From the NCBI GenBank assembly GCA_018396755.1, contig JAGTQM010000002.1:19972-83971 (forward strand): a DNA stretch of 64,000 nt, in the 5' to 3' direction. Positions 1-8,187 of this stretch are shown here, one piece after another; the stretch's first letter is position 1; every line of letters starts with the position of its first letter. Below the pieces are notes generated by a model, which saw only the letters and a list, made by a program, of their open reading frames with translations, ran no database searches and was not told the origin of the DNA. The position numbers were made by a program, and so were the translations under genes. This DNA is from Candidatus Bathyarchaeota archaeon (GTDB lineage: Archaea; Thermoproteota; CALKCG01; B24).

Positions 1-2386
1 GAGGCCACTTACACATATGTATGCTTTCAGGTTGATTCGGCTCTGCAAATCTGAAGACGTACTGGTAGATAGATTCGCAGATAAACGGTATTATAGGGGC
101 TGATAACAGTAGAAATATCTTTAAAACGTTGTATAGTGTACCGTAAGATGCAAGTTTCTCAGATGCCTCCTCCTCCACCCATGTCTTACGCCTTATAAGC
201 CTAATATACCATCTGCTGACGTCTTCAACTATGAAATCTCTAAGCATTTTAACGACATTATGTAGGTGATAATTTTCAAAAGCTTCTGTAATCTTCTCTA
301 TGAGATGCTGGGTTCTCGATAGAATCCATAAATCTTCGGGGGACATGAAGCCCTTAATCCGCTCAAGATCCCACTTAGACGGATTAAACCTGTCGAGGTT
401 CATATATGTGGATGCAAATACGTAAACGTTCCAGAGAATGTTCATAAATGAGAATACTTCGGCTACACCTTTCCATGAAAACCTCAGGTCTTCCCATAGA
501 GTATGCTGAAGCTCGTAAAATCTTAACACGTCTCTACCATACTTTTCTATGACCTCTTCAGGTGCTATGTAGTTGCCCCACGATTTATGCATTTCCCTAC
601 CGGTTTCATCGAGGACAAAACCATGCATAGCAACGCATTTGTAAGGTGTTGAATTGAATACTAACGTAGAGCATGCTAGTAGAGAGTAGAACCAGCCCCT
701 AGTTTGATCGTGACCTTCAACTATGAAATCTACCGGATACCATTCTCTAAACTCTATATCCTCGGATGGATATTCTAGGGAAGCCCAGGAAGCAGACCCA
801 GAATCCATCCAAACATCTATGACATCTGAAACTCTACGCATATCTCCACCACATTCACACTTCAAAATCAGCTTATCCACCCACGGTCTGTGTAGTTTAA
901 GCTCTTCGATTTTACAGGCTTCTAAAAGCTCCTTCTTAGACCCGATAACTCTACGCTTTCCACATTTTTCACATATCCATATTGGTAGTGGAACTCCCCA
1001 GTACCTTTGTCTAGATATAACCCAATCAGATATCTCCATAAGCCAATTTCCAAACCTGCTTTTACCAGCCCACTCTGGAACCCATTTAACCTTATCATTC
1101 TCCTTGAGAAGCGTTTCCCTAAGTTTACTCATACGTATAACCCACTGTTTAGTAGCTCTAAGCAATAGGGGGGTTTTACACCTCCAGCAGTGCGGATATC
1201 TGTGAACTACGGTTCCACTATGGAGGAGGAGCCCCTTCCTCTGAAGATCCTCTAGAATTACTTTATCAGCATCCTTGATGTACATTCCCGTGTACTTACC
1301 TACTTCAGACGTAAACCTACCAGATTGATCTACAGGTGAGAGTACTGGTAGATTATACCTTAAACCAACTTCGAAATCCTCCTCACCGTGTCCAGGTGCT
1401 GAATGAACTAGACCTGTACCTTCAGTTAAACGTACGAATTCTTCAGATAAAACTACCATGTAGACATTTTTAAGCTCCTTTTGAAGAGGAATCTCTTCAG
1501 TAAGCGGAGGCTTATATTTTAAGCCTTCAAGCCGCTTACCTTCGAACTCTTCAATAATTTCAAATTCAACCCCAATATCTTCAAAAACTGGTTTAATCCT
1601 CTCTTTAGCGAGAATGTAAATCTCTGCACCAACTTTAACACGTGCATATACGTAATTTGGATGAGCCATAATAGCTACGTTGGCTGGAAGAGTCCATGGT
1701 GTAGTCGTCCATATTAGTAAGTACTCCCTTTCCCTACCGTCTAGCGGAAACTTCACGTATATCGAAGGGTCTTCTACATCTCTATACTCTTGAGACACTT
1801 CATATCCTGCAGCTAGAGCTGTTTCACATCTTGGACACCAGTGAGTAACCCTTAAAATGTTCTCTAAAAGCCCAAGCTCTTCAGACTTCTTAACCACAAG
1901 CCATACAGCTTCTATGTACTCGTCTTTAATGGTCATGTATGGGTTGTTCCAATCCATCCACACCCCTAAGTTTTTAAACTGCTCTGTAAGGATGCATAGG
2001 TTTTTCAATGCAAAGCGTTCACATTCTTCTACAAAACGATCGATACCTATACGGCTTTCTATCTCCCTCTTATTCCCTATATTTAACAAGCGTTCAACCA
2101 TGACCTCTATCGGTAAACCGTGCATATCGAATCCTGGTCTATCTCTAACCTTAAACCCTTTCATCCGCCTATAGCGGAGAACACTATCCTTGATTATCTT
2201 ATTCCAAGCAGTTCCAAGGTGGATAGAGCTTGTCACATATGGCGGTCCATCGAGAAAGTAAAACTTTTCGCCATGTTCAGAAAGTTTCTTAACCCTCTCA
2301 TAGATTTTGTTCTCAGCCCACCATTTGAAAACTTCATCCTCAATCTTCTTAGGCTCATATGTCTTAGGTAGAAGACCAACGTGCAT
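1..2386 (-). CDS. ileS: Isoleucyl-tRNA synthetase, N-terminal ~795 codons; the 3' end runs off the left edge
   Basis: Absent from the ORF track because it is open at the window edge. Minus-strand reading from ATG at 2386 gives MHVGLLPKTYEPKKIEDEVFKWWAENKIYERV...FYFLDGPPYVTSSIHLGTAWNKIIKDSVLRYRRMKGFKVRDRPGFDMHGLPIE. This is the HIGH-region signature typical of archaeal IleRS. The + strand ORFs 723-2742 are antisense shadows. Confidence 0.85.
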   Translation of the reverse strand, partial: MHVGLLPKTYEPKKIEDEVFKWWAENKIYERVKKLSEHGEKFYFLDGPPYVTSSIHLGTAWNKIIKDSVLRYRRMKGFKVRDRPGFDMHGLPIEVMVERLLNIGNKREIESRIGIDRFVEECERFALKNLCILTEQFKNLGVWMDWNNPYMTIKDEYIEAVWLVVKKSEELGLLENILRVTHWCPRCETALAAGYEVSQEYRDVEDPSIYVKFPLDGREREYLLIWTTTPWTLPANVAIMAHPNYVYARVKVGAEIYILAKERIKPVFEDIGVEFEIIEEFEGKRLEGLKYKPPLTEEIPLQKELKNVYMVVLSEEFVRLTEGTGLVHSAPGHGEEDFEVGLRYNLPVLSPVDQSGRFTSEVGKYTGMYIKDADKVILEDLQRKGLLLHSGTVVHRYPHCWRCKTPLLLRATKQWVIRMSKLRETLLKENDKVKWVPEWAGKSRFGNWLMEISDWVISRQRYWGVPLPIWICEKCGKRRVIGSKKELLEACKIEELKLHRPWVDKLILKCECGGDMRRVSDVIDVWMDSGSASWASLEYPSEDIEFREWYPVDFIVEGHDQTRGWFYSLLACSTLVFNSTPYKCVAMHGFVLDETGREMHKSWGNYIAPEEVIEKYGRDVLRFYELQHTLWEDLRFSWKGVAEVFSFMNILWNVYVFASTYMNLDRFNPSKWDLERIKGFMSPEDLWILSRTQHLIEKITEAFENYHLHNVVKMLRDFIVEDVSRWYIRLIRRKTWVEEEASEKLASYGTLYNVLKIFLLLSAPIIPFICESIYQYVFRFAEPNQPESIHMCKWP

Positions 2387-2707
2387 GGCATCACATCCGT
2401 TTAAATTCGAATTCTTACAAGTTAACTTAGCAGTTTTAGAGTTTAATTTTATACTCACCCATAGTCCTCAAGCTCATATTAACCTTGAAAGTGAGTATTT
2501 AAAAGTTGCGTATATTACTTAAGATTTCAGTTTTACTTTTTACTTCCGAAGCTGCTATATGCTGCAATGTAAAGCTTAGTAGTAGGTTTTCAACATTTTT
2601 GAATACCCCCGCACCCTCTGCAGGCTCTTACTGTATTAAAGGAGTTTCTCAAACGATAGACCTCACTTTGTCTCAGACCCCACCCTCTAGTTTTTCCCAT
2701 TCTTTCT

Positions 2708-2726
2708 CTATGGAAAATTTCCATAG
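2708..2726. promoter_or_regulatory. Perfect 9-1-9 palindrome CTATGGAAA-A-TTTCCATAG in the ileS/nucS divergent spacer
   Basis: Read directly from the sequence. Both arms are exact reverse complements. It lies in a ~540 bp non-coding region and its function is unknown. Confidence 0.3.
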
Positions 2727-2840
2727 ACTTTCCATGATATAGTAGTTTTTATGGATGTTTTTATTGGAATTTACATCTCAAGTTTCTTTAAAGAAAAAGC
2801 ATAGAGGGGCTTAGATTTCAGGCTTAAATGTAGAAGACGG

Positions 2841-2890
2841 GACGAAATGAAAAATAGGGATTTGCGGAGGATTAATTCGAGGGAAATCAC
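2841..2890. repeat. Left arm of an imperfect ~45-50 bp inverted repeat bracketing nucS
   Basis: gacgAAATGAAAAAtagGGATTTGCGGaggattaATTCGAGgg matches the reverse complement of 3727-3780. Shared blocks are AAATGAAAAA, GGATTTGCGG and ATTCGAG, with small indels. Confidence 0.6.
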
Positions 2891-2928
2891 TATGCTTAAG
2901 AATTACATTAATTATTTCTTATATAGAC

Positions 2929-3699
2929 TTGTCTAGCAAGATTGCACTAGAAAACCCTAGTTTGGAAGAGGCTTTAGAAGCATTTAAATTAGGGGTTAGT
3001 GCTAGAAGAATCCTTATAATCGTAGGAGAGTGTAGAATCGACTATTTTGGTAGAGGACATTCTGAACTCGATTATGGAGATAGAGTTGTAACAATTAAAA
3101 ACGACGGGGCTCTTATAATCCACCGGCCTTTCAGTTTAGAACCTGTAAATTGGCAACCTTCTGGAAGTATGTATAGAGCATATGTTAAAAATGGAAGTTT
3201 AATCGTAGAGGCCTACAGAAGAAGACCTGAAGAGAAAATCAGAGTAACATTTAGAAGCTTGTTGTTTTTAGCGTCGCTTAATCTTAGGGATTATGCTTCG
3301 TTTAAGCTTTATACAAGTGAGGAAATAATGAAGAAAGCGTTTATTAAACGTCCTGAGATTGTTGAAAAAGGGCTTAGAGTGGTTTCTGAGGAGAAGAAGG
3401 TTAGAAGCGGTTTAATAGATTGCCTCTGCGTCGATTCAAACGGTAAGATTGCCGTAGTCGAATTTAAGAAGAGTAGAGCTGGTGTTGACGCCGTTGAGCA
3501 GCTTTCAAATTACGTTCAGGAGTTAAGAACAAGAGGCTCAGAAGTTAGAGGTATGTTAGTAGCACCTTCCCTGACAAGGGAGGCCGGCGACAAGATTAAG
3601 GCTTTAAACTTAGAATTTAAAAGACTCAGCGTTAAGAAGTGTATTAAAGTCTTAGAGTCTACAGGAGAAACGACTAAGATTTCAGATTTCACAAGCTAG
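2929..3699 (+). CDS. nucS: Endonuclease NucS/EndoMS (DUF91, RecB-like nuclease C-terminal domain)
   Basis: 256 aa with a TTG start. Length and two-domain layout fit NucS. The C-terminal nuclease motif is present: GLIDCLCVDSNGKIAVVEFKK...AVEQLSNYV. Confidence 0.8.
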   Translation: MSSKIALENPSLEEALEAFKLGVSARRILIIVGECRIDYFGRGHSELDYGDRVVTIKNDGALIIHRPFSLEPVNWQPSGSMYRAYVKNGSLIVEAYRRRPEEKIRVTFRSLLFLASLNLRDYASFKLYTSEEIMKKAFIKRPEIVEKGLRVVSEEKKVRSGLIDCLCVDSNGKIAVVEFKKSRAGVDAVEQLSNYVQELRTRGSEVRGMLVAPSLTREAGDKIKALNLEFKRLSVKKCIKVLESTGETTKISDFTS

Positions 3700-3717
3700 C
3701 TTTAAATACCCGTTTGA
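3697..3717 (+). repeat. Direct repeat copy 1 (TAGCTTTAAATACCCGTTT..), overlapping the nucS stop codon
   Basis: 20/21 identity with 4278-4298. Weaker similarity continues to TTGGA (3725-3729 versus 4312-4316). The repeat contains a TATA-like TTTAAATA. Confidence 0.65.
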
Positions 3718-3726
3718 ATTCAGATT

Positions 3727-3780
3727 GGAGACCTCTCTCGAATGAGTCCCGCAAATCCCCCCATTTTTTCATTTAATCCA
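3727..3780. repeat. Right arm of the inverted repeat bracketing nucS
   Basis: The reverse complement (tggattAAATGAAAAAatggggGGATTTGCGGgactcATTCGAGagagg) aligns with 2841-2890. It also carries a T6 run that could terminate nucS transcription. Confidence 0.6.
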
Positions 3781-3985
3781 GTTGATGTAGACGATGGAAT
3801 TTTGAAGGTTTAAGAAGCTGTAAACAGGGGTTTGTTCCTCTTCATCTACGCCTTAGCAAGCATATCCGCCGCCTCTCAGTCAATGTACACTTCAGAATAG
3901 ATACGCGTTTGAAGCTGCGTTTCAAACTCTTCCGCGTAGACCAGACGTTTAAAGCCCAGACAACATAATAAGGTGGAAAAAATAG

Positions 3986-4261
3986 GAAAACCCACACAGC
4001 AACATATTCAGACATTGGAAGGGGACAGTAGAATACCATAAAACCAAGGACATACTGCACGTCAAAGAGCTTTTAGGGCATAAAGACATTCAAAACACCA
4101 TGGTCTACATAACGATTGAGAACGCGTTATTCCAGACTAAAAACGACGAATTCTACTGTAAAACCGCATCGACTGTCGAAGAAGCTTCTAAGCTGATAGA
4201 GGTAGGCTTTGAATACGTCACCATCTTCAACAACATAATGCTTTTCAGGAAGCGAAAATAG
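3986..4261 (+). pseudogene. C-terminal fragment (~90 codons) of a tyrosine recombinase/integrase; no N-terminal part and no start codon
   Basis: The frame opening at 3986 reads ENPHSNIFRHWKGTVEYHKTKDILHVKELLGHKDIQNTMVYITIENALFQTKNDEFYCKTASTVEEASKLIEVGFEYVTIFNNIMLFRKRK*. It carries an approximate H-x-x-R-like box (PHSNIFRH, spaced H-x4-R; see the integrase-remnant finding for the caveat), LLGH..I..T..Y with the catalytic Tyr, and the extended tail ending FRKRK that I recall from archaeal integrases. Upstream sequence (3786-3968) is open only in another frame and is at best weakly integrase-like. Confidence 0.7.
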
Positions 4262-4277
4262 CTTTAAACAACAAAGA

Positions 4278-4298
4278 ATAGTTTTAAATACCCGTTTA
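4278..4298 (+). repeat. Direct repeat copy 2 (TAGTTTTAAATACCCGTTT..); also the likely promoter of the downstream operon
   Basis: Matches 3697-3717. TTTAAATA at 4283-4290 lies ~26-30 nt upstream of the ATG at 4316, which fits a near-leaderless transcript. A further partial copy, TAGCTTTAAA, sits at 4259-4268 directly after the integrase-fragment stop. Confidence 0.65.
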
Positions 4299-4315
4299 GA
4301 ACTTCCAATAGTTGG

Positions 4316-4564
4316 ATGGCTGGTTTAACAATCATCGGCCTAATCGTAATACTAATTGGAGTTGCTTTGATCTTCGTAGGCTTTCTACTGGAGTTTCTAA
4401 AATCTCTGAAGGTATCCAAAGTGAAGACTGGTGGGGCTGTTTTAATAGGACCGTTTCCCATAGTATTTGGAGATAGAGATCTTGTAAAGTATTCAGTGGC
4501 GCTTCTAGTTATGATGATCATTTTAATAGCGGTTTTACTTATTGCATCAGGTGTGTTTGTATGA
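4316..4564 (+). CDS. Small two-TM membrane protein, DUF131/TIGR00304-like
   Basis: 82 aa. Two hydrophobic helices flank GGAVLIGPFPIVFGD, the signature loop I associate with DUF131. The stop overlaps the next start (ATGA). Confidence 0.6.
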   Translation: MAGLTIIGLIVILIGVALIFVGFLLEFLKSLKVSKVKTGGAVLIGPFPIVFGDRDLVKYSVALLVMMIILIAVLLIASGVFV

Positions 4565-4986
4565 CTGTTAAATGTGAGGTCTGCAGTATTCACAATGCTA
4601 AGTACGTATGTCAAAATTGCGGATCTAAAGTATGCCCATCATGTTTCAATCCGCATCTAGAGTTTTGTATAAAATGCGCAGGAAGCAGTTATTCTAAGGC
4701 AGGGTTAGAATACGGTATTGGTTTTAAGATTATGATCCTAGGCTTCGCTTTAGCTTTTCTAGGTGTACTCATCACGATTATACTGGCCATTTTAACCGGA
4801 GTAGGCGATTTGAGTTTTGTAATTCTACTCCTTCCAATACCGATTGGTGTTGCAGCAGGACCTTATGGTGGTATCCTACTGATTCTTGCTTTAATTTTGA
4901 CGGTTATTTTTATGGCAATCTTAATATTGACTGGTAGGAAACATTTAAAATCATTCTCTTCGAAAGAAATGCCAGAAGGTGTTTAA
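4561..4986 (+). CDS. Zinc-ribbon membrane protein with a DUF131-like C-terminal half
   Basis: 141 aa. The N-terminus has 8 Cys (CEVCSIHNAKYVCQNCGSKVCPSCFNPHLEFCIKCAG). It is followed by TM helices with LLLPIPIGVAAGPYGG, resembling the loop of the upstream protein. The gene abuts the next gene. Confidence 0.5.
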   Translation: MTVKCEVCSIHNAKYVCQNCGSKVCPSCFNPHLEFCIKCAGSSYSKAGLEYGIGFKIMILGFALAFLGVLITIILAILTGVGDLSFVILLLPIPIGVAAGPYGGILLILALILTVIFMAILILTGRKHLKSFSSKEMPEGV

Positions 4987-5652
4987 ATGGCTGAGAAGGG
5001 TTTGCTTAAAGAGTGGTTAACAAGGAGAAGACGCAATAGAAGTATTGAGCTTGCCTATAAGCAGATGAAAAGCTCCGTCGAGACAGTCGTAGAGCTTAGA
5101 AGGTGTTTAACAGCCATTATGGAGGGGAATTTTTCAGAAGCCGAGAAAAGTATTGGAAGACTTTTCCTGATGGAGGTGGATGTAGATGAGCTTAGAAGGA
5201 AAGTTCTTATTGAACTGGCTAAGGAGGAACCTTCTAAATTTAGAGAAGACTTTGCACATTTGGTTCAAGGGTTGGATGTAATGGCTGACCACGTTAAGGA
5301 TTCAGCTAGAAGCCTTTTAGTTCTCTTGAGGGGGAAGAAGATCGTACCTAAGGAGGACTGGGCAAGCTACCTCAACCTTGTGGATAACGTTGTCTTGTGT
5401 ACTAGAGCCCTCCTAAGGGCAATTGAAGAATTAACAGGTAAAAGTGAAGAAGTTATGCGTTACGTTGTTGAAGTTGACAGACTTGAAAACGTTATAGATG
5501 AGCAGTACGTATCGATCATGGAGATGCTTGTGGAAGCTGAGGAAATTAAACCCGGTGTTCTTATGATGTTGAAGAGTCTCTTAGAATTTTTAGAGAAGGC
5601 TACTGATACATGCGCTGAGACGGCTGATTACATTAGGATTCTTTTAGGTTAA
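4987..5652 (+). CDS. DUF47/PhoU-like helical protein (TIGR00153-like)
   Basis: 221 aa and all-helical. The call rests on family resemblance by eye only. It starts one nt after the upstream stop. Confidence 0.45.
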   Translation: MAEKGLLKEWLTRRRRNRSIELAYKQMKSSVETVVELRRCLTAIMEGNFSEAEKSIGRLFLMEVDVDELRRKVLIELAKEEPSKFREDFAHLVQGLDVMADHVKDSARSLLVLLRGKKIVPKEDWASYLNLVDNVVLCTRALLRAIEELTGKSEEVMRYVVEVDRLENVIDEQYVSIMEMLVEAEEIKPGVLMMLKSLLEFLEKATDTCAETADYIRILLG

Positions 5653-5702
5653 GAGTGTGAAAATTTATCAGAGGAAATAGTCTACTTATGAATTGAAGGG
5701 GT

Positions 5703-8054
5703 TTGACAAGTTTAAAGTTCTATCTTTTAGATGTGGATAGCCGTTTCAAAGAAGGGGGGACTGAAGTTAGACTTTGGGGTTTAACCGATGATGGGAGACC
5801 GGTCGTTCTATTCGATAAAACGCTGAAGCCATATTTCTACGCTGTCGCTGAGGATGTTGAAGTATTGGAAAGACATTTAAAGTCCATCAAAGACATTGAA
5901 GGGTTTGAAGTGAAAGATGCTAGGATTTTCGGGAAAACTGTTAAAGCGTTTAAAATCTACGTTTCAAATCCAGATAAGGTTGATTCTGTAGCTGAGGTTG
6001 TCTCAAAGCTTGAAGGCTGTGGAGGAGTATATGATAGTGATTTGAGACATGCTCAGCACTATCTCCTAGATTATGATGCTCAATTATGTGGATGGCATGT
6101 AGTTGAAGTAGAGCCTACGGATAAGGAGAATATTAAAGTCGATGAAGCATATAGACTATTGAAGCTACCTACTGCTATCGAATACCAGAAGAGTGTAACT
6201 TTCCGAGTTTTAGCTTTCTACATGGTTCCACTGCCTTCTAAAGGCTCACCTAAACCTGAGAGAGATAGAATTGCATGTTTAGCTATTAGAACAAGCGAAG
6301 GCTACGCAGAGGTTTTAAACTCGGAGAAAATCGGTGAAAGAGCCTTAATCGAGAAGTTTATTGAGATAATCGATAAGTTCGACCCAGACATCGTAGTAGG
6401 CTATGGTATAAATGCGAGAGATTGGGAGTATTTAACTAAGAGAGCTGAAGTTAATGGTTTAAAGCTTAATGTAGGTAGAGATGGGACTGAACCCCACAGG
6501 AGCCTTTACGGCCATATTTCAGTAGCTGGTAGGATAGCTTTAGACCTTTACGATTACGCTGAGGATATAGCAGATATAAAGATTAAAACCTTGGAGAATC
6601 TAGCTACCTATTTAGGTCTCAAAGTGGAAAATGAGCCTATAGAGGAATTAGATATATCAAAATTATGGTCGTCACCAGAGGGAAGAAAAAGAATACTAGA
6701 TTACGTATCAGATAGATGTAAAATTGTTATGGAGAGCTTTAGGAAGTTTATAGACTATGGCTGTCAACTTTCAAACTTAGTTTGCATACCCCTGGATCAT
6801 GTATGTACGGCAGCCGTGGGATTTAGAGTCGAATCGTATCTTATGAAGTGTAGTAGAAAGTTCGGCGAATTAATACCTAAACGTGTTGAAAAACCATACC
6901 AGCCTTATGCTGGAGCAATCGTTTTAGAGCCGAAGCCTGGTCTACATGAGAATATAGCGGTTCTAGACTTTAGGTCCATGTATCCAAGTATAATGATGAA
7001 GTTTAATATATCTCCAGATACTTACGTAGAGCCTGAAGTCGAAGCGAGACCTGAAGACTTTTTCATCGCTCCCGAAGTTGGACATAGATTTCTTAAAAAA
7101 CCCGACGGTTTCTACAGAGATGCTTTAAAGAGACTACTAGAAACTAGAGCAGAAATCAATAGAAAACTTAAGACCTTAAGCCCGGATTCAGCTGAATATA
7201 GGATTTTAGACGCTAGACAGAAGGCTATAAAGGTTATTACAAATGCGATGTATGGTTATGCGGGCTGGATAGGTGCAAGATGGTATAGAAGACCTATAGC
7301 GGAATCTACTACAGCTTGGGGTAGGGAAGCCCTTATGGAGACTGTGAAGTATGCCATGGAAATGGGGCTTCCCATAATCTACGGTGATACTGATTCAATA
7401 TTCGTTAAGTACGACCAGGAGAAGATCGAGAAACTCGTAAAGTACGTCTCTGAAAAGCTAGGGTTGGAGATAAAGCCTGAAACAGTCTATAAACGGATAA
7501 TTTTCACAGAAGCTAAGAAGAGGTATGCTGGTCTACTTACAGATGGCAGGATAGATATAACTGGTTTAGAAGCTGTAAGAGGAGATTGGCCTGAAGTTGC
7601 CAAGAAAATCCAGCGGGAAGTTGTTAGAATTGTTCTTGAAACCGGATCTGCGAAACAAGCTCTCGAAGAAGCTAGAAAAATGCTAAGTGAAGTTGAAGCG
7701 GGTAAAGTTCCAATTGTAGAACTCATCATATGGAAGACTTTAACGAAGACGGCGGAAGACTACAAAGTAAAAACCGCTCATGTAAAAGCTGCTCAGAAAC
7801 TTGCAGATATGGGCTGGGATATAGGGCCTGGCGATAAAGTAGGAACCATTATAGTTAAAGGTACGGGTAGACTTTACGATAGAGTTGAACCATATCAATT
7901 CGTTAAACCGGAAGATGTAGACTACGGATATTACATCGAGAATCAAATAATACCAGCTATACTTAGAATCCTCAGCGTCTTTGGATACAGAGAGGAAGAT
8001 TTAAAGGCGTTTAGGAAACCCTTAGAGAAGAAAGGGCAAAGAACGCTTTTCTAG
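5703..8054 (+). CDS. polB: Family-B DNA polymerase (Pfu-Pol-like architecture) with intact polymerase motifs and degenerate exonuclease motifs
   Basis: 783 aa with a TTG start. Motif A is VLDFRSMYPSIM, motif B is KVITNAMYGYAG and motif C is IIYGDTDSIFV. Exo I reads VLAFYMVPL where LAFDIET is expected. Exo II reads GYGINARDWEYL. Exo III reads LDYVSDRC. Confidence 0.9.
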   Translation: MTSLKFYLLDVDSRFKEGGTEVRLWGLTDDGRPVVLFDKTLKPYFYAVAEDVEVLERHLKSIKDIEGFEVKDARIFGKTVKAFKIYVSNPDKVDSVAEVVSKLEGCGGVYDSDLRHAQHYLLDYDAQLCGWHVVEVEPTDKENIKVDEAYRLLKLPTAIEYQKSVTFRVLAFYMVPLPSKGSPKPERDRIACLAIRTSEGYAEVLNSEKIGERALIEKFIEIIDKFDPDIVVGYGINARDWEYLTKRAEVNGLKLNVGRDGTEPHRSLYGHISVAGRIALDLYDYAEDIADIKIKTLENLATYLGLKVENEPIEELDISKLWSSPEGRKRILDYVSDRCKIVMESFRKFIDYGCQLSNLVCIPLDHVCTAAVGFRVESYLMKCSRKFGELIPKRVEKPYQPYAGAIVLEPKPGLHENIAVLDFRSMYPSIMMKFNISPDTYVEPEVEARPEDFFIAPEVGHRFLKKPDGFYRDALKRLLETRAEINRKLKTLSPDSAEYRILDARQKAIKVITNAMYGYAGWIGARWYRRPIAESTTAWGREALMETVKYAMEMGLPIIYGDTDSIFVKYDQEKIEKLVKYVSEKLGLEIKPETVYKRIIFTEAKKRYAGLLTDGRIDITGLEAVRGDWPEVAKKIQREVVRIVLETGSAKQALEEARKMLSEVEAGKVPIVELIIWKTLTKTAEDYKVKTAHVKAAQKLADMGWDIGPGDKVGTIIVKGTGRLYDRVEPYQFVKPEDVDYGYYIENQIIPAILRILSVFGYREEDLKAFRKPLEKKGQRTLF

Positions 8055-8187
8055 CAAACCTATAATGTATCGGAATGCTAGGGCTTTTATAATTGTATAA
8101 TTTTTAGAGAGCCCCAAAAAATAAAAGTAGGGAGAATGAGGGACCAAACCATACATCATCAACTCTCAGAGCAAATTGAGATCTAGT

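Noticed and set aside
723-2742. Five + strand ORFs (160, 105, 83, 71 and 78 aa) listed in the track
   Set aside because: Four of them lie antisense to the clearly recognisable minus-strand ileS reading frame, and the fifth lies in the spacer. Their composition is Ser/Leu/His-rich and low-complexity, and they have no motifs. They are shadow ORFs.
3842-4614. Minus-strand ORFs 3842-4060 (72 aa) and 4264-4614 (116 aa)
   Set aside because: The first overlaps the integrase-remnant region and the second is antisense to the DUF131 gene. Neither shows any motif. The + strand interpretations explain the sequence better.
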